Shown here piece after piece: positions 57,555-64,000 of a stretch of 64,000 bases of DNA; position 1 is the stretch's first letter; each line of letters begins with the position of its first letter. The notes under the pieces are model-generated. The model saw only the letters and a list, made by a program, of their open reading frames with translations. It did no database searches and was not told the DNA's origin. The DNA comes from an uncultured bacterium (GTDB taxonomy: Bacteria; Acidobacteriota; HRBIN11; JAKEFK01): assembly GCA_963771165.1 (NCBI GenBank), contig CAVYSN010000004.1:30114-94113 (forward strand), in the 5' to 3' direction. A program made the position numbers and the translations under genes.

Positions 57555-58466
57555 ATGATCAAGTCCCTTCTCCTTTACATGAGCGAACAACCGCGGATAC
57601 AGCGTCTGGCTACCAATCTCAAAGTTTCCCGTCGCGTGGCTCTACGGTTTGTTGCAGGCGAAAAGATCACCGAAGCCGTTGAAGCGGTTCGAGTATTGAA
57701 TACCAGAGGCTTCAACGCCACTGTCGATTATCTGGGAGAAATGATTACAAGGCGTGAAGAGGCCGGTCATGCCACCCGGGAATATCTGGAGGCGTTGCAA
57801 CAGATCCATCACAACAATCTGAATTCCAACGTTTCCTTGAAGCTGACGCAATTCGGTCTGGGCCTCGATGAAACTTTTTGCAAAAGTAATGTGGAAGAGG
57901 TTGTTATACTGGCCGGTGAATTGAAAAATTTCGTACGAATCGACATGGAAGGCTCTGCTTATACGGATTCTACGCTGCGAATTTTCACTACGCTCAGGCG
58001 ACAATATGAAAATGTCGGTATTGTGATTCAGGCGTATCTATTTCGTTCCGAAAAGGATATTCATGATGTGTTGCAAATTGGCGGAAGAATCCGCCTTTGT
58101 AAAGGGGCTTACAAGGAACCGCCCGAAATTTCGTTTAAAGAGAAAAGCGGTACGGATGCAAATTTCATAAAGCTGATGAAGATACTTCTGGAAAGCGGAA
58201 TCTACCACGGGATTGCCACGCACGATCCTGCCATGATCCTTGCAACCAAACATTTCGCGCAACAACAAAAGATTGCAAAAGACCGATTTGAATTTCAAAT
58301 GCTTTACGGCGTAAGACGCGACTTACAAGAAAACTTGCTGAAGGAAGGATACAACGTACGTATTTATGTGCCTTATGGTGGGGAATGGTATTCTTATTTG
58401 ATGCGTCGAATGGCCGAACGCCCGGCCAACCTCCTCTTCGTTCTGAGAAATCTAATGCGGGGATGA
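57555..58466 (+). CDS. Proline dehydrogenase (monofunctional)
   Basis: 303 aa; FVAGEKITEAVEAV, ATVDYLGE, RLCKGAY, MLYGVRRDL, YVPYGGEWYSYLMRRMAERP. Confidence 0.85.
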   Translation: MIKSLLLYMSEQPRIQRLATNLKVSRRVALRFVAGEKITEAVEAVRVLNTRGFNATVDYLGEMITRREEAGHATREYLEALQQIHHNNLNSNVSLKLTQFGLGLDETFCKSNVEEVVILAGELKNFVRIDMEGSAYTDSTLRIFTTLRRQYENVGIVIQAYLFRSEKDIHDVLQIGGRIRLCKGAYKEPPEISFKEKSGTDANFIKLMKILLESGIYHGIATHDPAMILATKHFAQQQKIAKDRFEFQMLYGVRRDLQENLLKEGYNVRIYVPYGGEWYSYLMRRMAERPANLLFVLRNLMRG

Positions 58467-58543
58467 ATAAAGATAAAAGCTAAAGGTTAAAAGTGTTTGT
58501 GAGCGGATTTTTGACCTTTATCTTTTAACCTTTATCTTTTAAC
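58467..58543. repeat. Word-hairpin element, TAAAAG/TAAAGG family (F5)
   Basis: AATAAAG ATAAAAG CTAAAGG TTAAAAG / gacctttatcttttaacctttatcttttaac. Confidence 0.85.
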
Positions 58544-58559
58544 TCTATAATAGATCGTC

Positions 58560-58961
58560 ATGACCGAAAGACATTTCACACCTGAAGAAGCAGATCATTT
58601 GATTCCAAAATTGGAGCAGATCGTTTCCAATATGCTGGATCAGCGAAAGTCAGCATTGGCTCTTGGGGAAGAACTGCAGGCAATGCAGGATCGAATTCAA
58701 TCGGGTGAAAACGTCATCGCCTCGGATCTGATGAATAAAAGAACGGAGCTCGATTTCATCGTTGAAATCATTCAGGAAGGGCTGAATCAAATCGAAGATC
58801 TGGGTGGACATCCTAAAGATCTGGATCTTGGATTGGTGGATTTTCCAGCGGAGCTTGATGGCGAAGAAATATTATTGTGCTGGCGATATGGGGAGAAGTC
58901 GATCCGCTTTTATCATGGTCCCGAGGACGGTTACTCCGGCCGAAAGCCGTTAAGACGGTAA
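58560..58961 (+). CDS. DUF2203 family protein
   Basis: 133 aa; FTPEEADHLIPKLEQIV ... LVDFPAELDGEEILLCWRYGE. A TATAAT box at 58546..58551 ends 8 nt upstream of the ATG. Confidence 0.7.
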   Translation: MTERHFTPEEADHLIPKLEQIVSNMLDQRKSALALGEELQAMQDRIQSGENVIASDLMNKRTELDFIVEIIQEGLNQIEDLGGHPKDLDLGLVDFPAELDGEEILLCWRYGEKSIRFYHGPEDGYSGRKPLRR

Positions 58962-58965
58962 TTCC

Positions 58966-59928
58966 GTGGAATTGCTGGACAAGTACGGTTACAGTCTAGT
59001 TTTTGTAGTTGCACTACTGGAACAATTAGGATTACCGCTCCCAGTTGCGCCGGTGCTTCTTTTAGGTGGCGCTGTTGCCGCAAGTGGTAAATTATCGTTT
59101 ACAACCCTTGTCGTTTTTGCCGTTCTTGCCGCATTGATCGGAGACATTGTCTGGTACCATCTCGGCAGGCAGAAGGGGCGCAGTGTCCTCAAAATACTGT
59201 GCCATCTATCGTTGAGTCCTGAGACATGCGTTAAGAAGACAGAAGAAAGTTTTTTAAAGCACGGGATGAATTCGTTGCTGTTTGCGAAATTTGTTCCGGG
59301 GTTGAATACAATTGCTCCCCCAATGGCCGGTTTGGTTGGATCCCGTTTCGTTTCCTTTCTGTGGCGCGATCTGATCGGCGCCCTGGTATACGTTCTCGCC
59401 TTTCTGATCCCCGGTTATTTTCTTGAAAAAAGTATTTTTCACATTACAACTCTCTTCGAACAGCTGGGACGAACCTTTTTCTGGCTGCTTGTAGTATCAC
59501 TGATTGGTTACTTATTCATCAAATACATCAAGCTGAAACTGTTGCAGAAGCTTCTTTACAAGGAACGAATCACTCCGGAAGAACTTCATGAACGAATCCA
59601 CGCAGGAGAAGCTGTCATCATTGTGGATATTCGCTCAAACATCCCGACCGATTTGGATGCCGGATTTATTCCCGGGGCGATCCGCATTCCACCGGACGAG
59701 ATCGATGAGCATATGCATCGTCTGGATAAGGAACGATGGATTGTCATGTATTGTACGTGACCCAACGAATTCACAAGTGCCCGTGTGGCAAAGCTACTGT
59801 TCGATCGAGGTTATCAGAAAGTAAGACCTTTGCTGGGTGGATACGACGCGTGGGTGAACGCAGGATTCCCTGTTGAACCTTATCAACCTTCGTTGAAATC
59901 ACATGAAGAAACCAAAAACGCCTCCTGA
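58966..59928 (+). CDS. DedA (VTT/SNARE-associated) membrane domain fused to a rhodanese domain; in-frame TGA in the rhodanese active-site loop
   Basis: The DedA motifs are LEQLGLPLPV, GDIVWYHLGR and LFAKFVPGLNTIAPP. The rhodanese reads IIVDIRS...WIVMYCT-TGA-PNEFTSARVAKLLFDRGYQKVRPLLGGYDAWVNAGFPVE and stays in the same frame on both sides of 59758..59760. Confidence 0.8.
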
Positions 59929-60550
59929 ACAGCGGATTGGTGAAATTCTCAAACTGCTAAAAAAGGAATATCCCGATGCGACCTGTTCTTTGAATTACAC
60001 AACTCCATTTGAGCTGTTGATTGCAACAATTCTGTCCGCGCAATGCACAGATGTAAGAGTAAACCTGGTTACGAAAGAGCTCTTTCGCAAGTACGCCGGA
60101 CCAAAAGACTATCTCGCTGTTCCGGAAGAAGAATTACAAAACGATATACGCACAACCGGTTTTTTTCGTAATAAAACAAAAAGTATTCGCGGAGCCAGTG
60201 CAAAGATGATTGAGGAATTTGGAGGAGAAGTCCCCGCGACTATGGAAAAACTGTTAACCTTGCCTGGAGTGGCCCGAAAGACGGCAAATGTGGTTCTTGG
60301 AAATGCTTTTCGCATCACATCCGGCGTTGTTGTGGACACTCACGTCAGTCGGGTAAGCCAAAGGTTAGGGCTAACGAAAGAGACTCATCCTGAAAAAATC
60401 GAACAGGCCTTGATGAAACTCATCCCGAAGAAAGATTGGATTTCTTTCAGCCACCGGCTGATTCTGCACGGCCGCTATGTTTGCAAAGCGCCGAAACCGG
60501 ATTGTCCCAATTGTGTGCTGAATCACCTCTGCCCTTCCTCAACGGTATGA
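59903..60550 (+). CDS. nth: Endonuclease III
   Basis: LIATILSAQCTDVRVN, LPGVARKTANVVLG (HhH), and the Fe-S cluster motif CKAPKPDCPNCVLNHLC. Confidence 0.95.
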   Translation: MKKPKTPPEQRIGEILKLLKKEYPDATCSLNYTTPFELLIATILSAQCTDVRVNLVTKELFRKYAGPKDYLAVPEEELQNDIRTTGFFRNKTKSIRGASAKMIEEFGGEVPATMEKLLTLPGVARKTANVVLGNAFRITSGVVVDTHVSRVSQRLGLTKETHPEKIEQALMKLIPKKDWISFSHRLILHGRYVCKAPKPDCPNCVLNHLCPSSTV

Positions 60551-60551
60551 T

Positions 60552-60612
60552 CTAACACAGAGACACGAGAGAGAGAATAAAAATAATTCCAAAACTCCGT
60601 GTCTATGCGTTA
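60552..60612. repeat. Word-hairpin element, CACAGAG family (F1)
   Basis: ctaacacagagacacgagagagag / ctccgtgtctatgcgttaa. It lies between the convergent nth and methyltransferase stops, and its right terminus contains the minus-strand TAA. Confidence 0.75.
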
Positions 60613-61236
60613 AATTTTTAACGTCACGGCGACGCCGTCCCGGATTGGAAGGATCGTTGAAAATGCATCTGGACTATTAAAGATCATCTCATTGTACTGA
60701 ACGATAGCGCGGGTGGAAGCATCCTGCTGTGATTCAACTACTTTTCCGGACCATAGCACGTTATCAGTAATAAACAGCCCACCCTTGCGAAGGCGGGGAA
60801 ATCCTTTCCGGAAACCGGAAGGATACTGATGTTTATCGATATCCATAAAGATGATATCGAATTCACCTTCTTGCTGATCCAGAGTCTGTAGCGCTTCCCC
60901 GCGAAAATACGTGATTTTGTTCCAAAGTCCGGCGCGACTCAGAAAATCCTCAGCCTTTTTCACGTTCTCTTCCGAATTTTCTGTGCAGAAGATGACTGCA
61001 TCATCCGGAGTAGCCAGAGCAAACCAGAACGCAGAGTAACCGTAGCCGGAACCGAGTTCCAGAATCCTGCGGGCACCCAGCAACCGGGTCATCACGAAAA
61101 GAGATCGGCCCACAAGCGGACCGATAATAGGAAAATCCAACATTTGAGCCAGCGTCTCCATTTCCTTCAAGATCGGATGATGCGTCGGACAAATTCGGTG
61201 AAGATACTCTTCCACTACAGGATTCACAATGTTCAT
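60610..61236 (-). CDS. Class I SAM-dependent O-methyltransferase (caffeoyl-CoA OMT-like)
   Basis: ILELGSGYGYSAFW, FDIIFMDIDKHQY, GGLFITDNVLWSG. The start is trimmed to ATG 61236, which has an ATGA overlap with the upstream gene. Confidence 0.85.
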   Translation of the reverse strand: MNIVNPVVEEYLHRICPTHHPILKEMETLAQMLDFPIIGPLVGRSLFVMTRLLGARRILELGSGYGYSAFWFALATPDDAVIFCTENSEENVKKAEDFLSRAGLWNKITYFRGEALQTLDQQEGEFDIIFMDIDKHQYPSGFRKGFPRLRKGGLFITDNVLWSGKVVESQQDASTRAIVQYNEMIFNSPDAFSTILPIRDGVAVTLKI

Positions 61237-62135
61237 GAATGATCTTCTCCTTCTGCTCTCGGATGAACACCTACAAGACGGTCCGGAAAGTCGGTAATAA
61301 TTCCGTCCACACCAAAATCGATAAGTTGTTTCATTTCCTCGATATCGTTCACGGTCCAAACATGAATTACAATCCCCTTCTTTTTTGCGGTCTCACAAAA
61401 CGCTTTCGTAACAACCTGATCTCCGCGAAATCGGGGAGGAATTTGAAGAGCGTCTCCGGATCCTTTGTAAAAATTTGCGAGATGGAGGCGAAAAGAATTG
61501 TAAAAAGCAATCGATTCCTGCGCGGAGAAGTTCGTCGGAATGGCCGGCGCCAGGCTCCGGAATCGCGTGAGCGGTTCCGTGTGCTCTGAAGCGACCACAA
61601 CCTTGTCTTCCATCTTATACTTCTTTATCAGACGGTAAACGGGTTCTTCTATCGCCGGTAAGGTCTGTTTGATTTCGATGATGAAATTCATATTTGGAAA
61701 CGCTTTAAAGCTGTCTTCCAGTAAAGGGATCCCGATCCCTTTTCCACGAAAAGGGAAAGAGGAATTCTGATCCGGGTCGAACATGAATCCTGCATCAGCC
61801 TGCTTCAACGTGGCCCAGTTCTCATCGAACACGCGGCCCGTGCGGTCTGTTGTGCGATCCAGAGCCGAATCATGAATGACAACGATGCGTCCGTCACGGG
61901 TGGAGTGAACATCCAGTTCCAGAGCATCGATGGGCAATTTTGCAGCAGCTTCAAAAGCAGCCATTGTATTTTCTGGATATCGTCCCGAAAATCCCCGATG
62001 CGCGATGACCCAGAAGCGGCCATCTTTGAAAAGCTTCTTTTTTTCACGATGACTTGCGATTTCTGCAGAGAAATTCGCTACAGAGAAGAGTCCGAATCCT
62101 GAGACCAGCAAAAGAGCAGCCTTCTTGAAATTCAT
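61233..62135 (-). CDS. Glycerophosphodiester phosphodiesterase, secreted
   Basis: A signal peptide, then VIAHRGFSGRYPENTMAAFEAA...ALELDVHSTRDGRIVVIHD. Confidence 0.85.
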   Translation of the reverse strand: MNFKKAALLLVSGFGLFSVANFSAEIASHREKKKLFKDGRFWVIAHRGFSGRYPENTMAAFEAAAKLPIDALELDVHSTRDGRIVVIHDSALDRTTDRTGRVFDENWATLKQADAGFMFDPDQNSSFPFRGKGIGIPLLEDSFKAFPNMNFIIEIKQTLPAIEEPVYRLIKKYKMEDKVVVASEHTEPLTRFRSLAPAIPTNFSAQESIAFYNSFRLHLANFYKGSGDALQIPPRFRGDQVVTKAFCETAKKKGIVIHVWTVNDIEEMKQLIDFGVDGIITDFPDRLVGVHPRAEGEDHS

Positions 62136-62234
62136 TACGCGCCATTGTACTACGATTGACAGAGCTCAAGGCCTATAGAGGCTGCTAACCCTCAGGGTTG
62201 AAGTTTTTGGCTGTTCCGTGGACAATGGTAGGTT

Positions 62235-63947
62235 ATGACTGGAAAACAAAAAACCGCGTTAGCCGTTTGTGTTTTCCTTTTTGTATCCCAGGTTTTCGGT
62301 GAAACAAAGAGGCGTTGCATCTCCCCTGCTGCTGCAAAGAGGTTCGTCGAAACCAATCGAAAAGAAGTTCAAAACCGAAGAGAGATCCGTTCCCGGGCAA
62401 CCCGCAACGGAAACATCATTTGGCTGGAAGCGGATTCCGAGCTGCTCATCCTCTCTAATACATTCGATTTACAGGATCTGGCAGTACGTTTCCATCCCGC
62501 ATCCAAAGGCCGCTATACGCATACCCTGGAGCCGGCCAGTTTTGACGGTGAAACGTCGCAAACATTGGATCTCGGTGATGATGATTCTTTTGAGCTTGTG
62601 TTCAAGGACTTTCAATTCCCCTTCGGACGCAAAACTTACGACAGATGTTATATCAATTCAAACGGAAGCATTACTTTTGAAAACGCGGATCCTGAACCCC
62701 CCTCAGTCAATGTTATTTCGCAAGACCTCCCAAGGATTGCCGGGTTTTTTGCCGATTTAAATCCGCAAAATTCGGGCGCCATTCTGCTCCATGAAACCTC
62801 TGATCGGGTCTTGATCAGCTGGCTGAGAGTACCCGAATTTTTTAATCAGAATCAGTTTGACTTCGGGCAAAACACTTTCCAGATTGTACTGTATAAAACG
62901 GGAGTCATAGATATTGTGTTTACGAATGAATTTACCGCAACACAAGGAATTGTAGGGTTGATTCCTGGATTTGACAGTATTCCGGTTCACCTGGTCGATT
63001 TCAGCTCCCGCCTGTCAACAGGCCGGCAGTTCCATTCACTTGTCGAAAATTTTCATAACTACGAAAGCATCGACATTCCAAGCCTCATGAAAGCACTTTA
63101 TAGCAGCGAGCCGGACCGGTTTGATTTTGTCAGTATTTTCAGCAATTTTGATTTAACTCCTGTTCCCGGAGCTCAAGCGTTTGCAATCAATGTTCGAAAC
63201 AACGTACTTGGGATCGGAAATCCATCCGACAGAAAACCGATTTTCAAAGATACGGAGAAATATGGAAGCTCAGGACAGCTTCAAAACATTACCTTCCTCG
63301 GAAATATTCATCAATATCCTGATGATCCAGGCAAAAACATTCCAGAAGAGGATGTTTCGCTGCTTGAAATTCTGGCTCACGAATTAGGACACCGGTGGCT
63401 GTCGTACATAAAAACCTCAAGGGACGGAGAACTGAACGATACACTGCTCGGTCGCGATAAAAGTCACTGGAGTTTCTTCCTGGATAGTGATGGATCGTTT
63501 CTCGAAGGCAATCAAATTCAGCTTCGAAGCTCAAACTCTTTTGAAACAGGAACGCCATTTCAACAGTATTCCGATCTGGATTTGTATCTGATGGGTTTCA
63601 AATCGCCGGAAGAAGTGAGCGACACTTTCTACGTGGAGGGAGCGAATAACTTTTCCCCTGACTTCCCCTTTAGCACCGAATCCAGCCCGGAAAGTGATAT
63701 CCGTTTCAAAGGCACTCCTGTGCGGATCAGTATCGCGGATATTATTGATGCTAATGGTCCCAGAAAACCAGAATCAAACGAGTCCCAGAGAGAGTTCAAG
63801 CATCTGTTCCTCTTGATTGCAAAGAGCACTCAGCAGCCTACAGCTGAAGAAATCGCATACATGGAAATGGTGCGAGCTTCATGGACAGATTATTTTTACA
63901 ACGCCACGTCCGGCGCGGCCACAATTGATACTGTTTTAGACCAGTGA
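62235..63947 (+). CDS. Secreted protein with an HExxH zinc-metalloprotease motif
   Basis: A signal peptide and LEILAHELGHRW at ~63365..63400. 570 aa. The family is not recognised. Confidence 0.55.
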   Translation: MTGKQKTALAVCVFLFVSQVFGETKRRCISPAAAKRFVETNRKEVQNRREIRSRATRNGNIIWLEADSELLILSNTFDLQDLAVRFHPASKGRYTHTLEPASFDGETSQTLDLGDDDSFELVFKDFQFPFGRKTYDRCYINSNGSITFENADPEPPSVNVISQDLPRIAGFFADLNPQNSGAILLHETSDRVLISWLRVPEFFNQNQFDFGQNTFQIVLYKTGVIDIVFTNEFTATQGIVGLIPGFDSIPVHLVDFSSRLSTGRQFHSLVENFHNYESIDIPSLMKALYSSEPDRFDFVSIFSNFDLTPVPGAQAFAINVRNNVLGIGNPSDRKPIFKDTEKYGSSGQLQNITFLGNIHQYPDDPGKNIPEEDVSLLEILAHELGHRWLSYIKTSRDGELNDTLLGRDKSHWSFFLDSDGSFLEGNQIQLRSSNSFETGTPFQQYSDLDLYLMGFKSPEEVSDTFYVEGANNFSPDFPFSTESSPESDIRFKGTPVRISIADIIDANGPRKPESNESQREFKHLFLLIAKSTQQPTAEEIAYMEMVRASWTDYFYNATSGAATIDTVLDQ

Positions 63948-64000
63948 TAAAGAAACTAGCATTCATCCTTCTGCTTTTCGCCTGGGCTACAGCGAACGCT
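63944..64000 (+). CDS. 5' end of a secreted protein gene (partial, runs off the window)
   Basis: A GTG start overlaps the previous stop (GTGA). (M)IKKLAFILLLFAWATANA is signal-peptide-like. Confidence 0.3.
   Translation, partial: MIKKLAFILLLFAWATANA

Noticed and set aside
277-60612. Interpreting the recurring inverted repeats as a CRISPR array or as ordinary Rho-independent terminators
   Set aside because: There is no tandem repeat-spacer periodicity and the copies are dispersed, so this is not CRISPR. The hairpins lack a 3' U-tract. In the AGCAAAG family a T-run precedes and an A-run follows. Several copies sit inside operons, in divergent promoter regions or inside CDS, so the simple terminator label does not fit.
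61237-61359. N-terminal 41-residue extension of the O-methyltransferase ORF, and similar upstream extensions of ORFs 9152, 9853, 16595, 38720 and 24811
   Set aside because: The extensions overlap the upstream gene or repeat sequence. Internal ATGs give starts with stop/start overlap (ATGA, TGATG) or an SD, and they match family N-termini.

Overview
This 64 kb window is a chromosomal segment of a diderm environmental bacterium. The phylum cannot be fixed from sequence alone; LptE, a PilQ-like N0 domain, DUF2723/TPR, a DUF507 pair and an SLH domain suggest an Acidobacteriota-like lineage, and that is inference only. I support about 66 protein-coding genes and found no rRNA, tRNA, CRISPR array, transposase or prophage. 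Gene content is housekeeping and central metabolism:
- translation and replication: rpsT, holA, lptE, leuS, metG, hflX, nth, nfo, nrnA;
- a translationally coupled beta-oxidation-like operon: SDR, RidA, enoyl-CoA hydratase, acyl-CoA dehydrogenase, OYE;
- a kynurenine-pathway operon;
- apbC plus DUF971, pfk, glgP, an M16 peptidase pair and a cbiMQO ECF transporter;
- a second hbd/crotonase cluster, proline dehydrogenase, and envelope or secreted proteins.

Three things stand out.
1. Most intergenic spacers are filled by 60-110 nt hairpin elements built from degenerate 7-9 nt purine-rich words. There are at least six sequence families with one shared grammar, 16 full copies plus solo arms. One copy is nested inside another, one sits in frame inside metG, and two are flanked by 8-10 bp direct repeats. 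Classical GTAG-headed REP/REPIN elements are also present as a separate class.
2. Two in-frame TGA codons fall exactly on redox-cysteine positions: UxxC in an ArsC/Spx-family gene and C-x-U in the rhodanese loop of a DedA-rhodanese fusion. This suggests selenocysteine decoding.
3. About one third of the genes, including essential aaRS genes, are broken by single-nucleotide frame changes. These look like assembly or sequencing indels rather than biology, and they limit confidence in exact gene boundaries.
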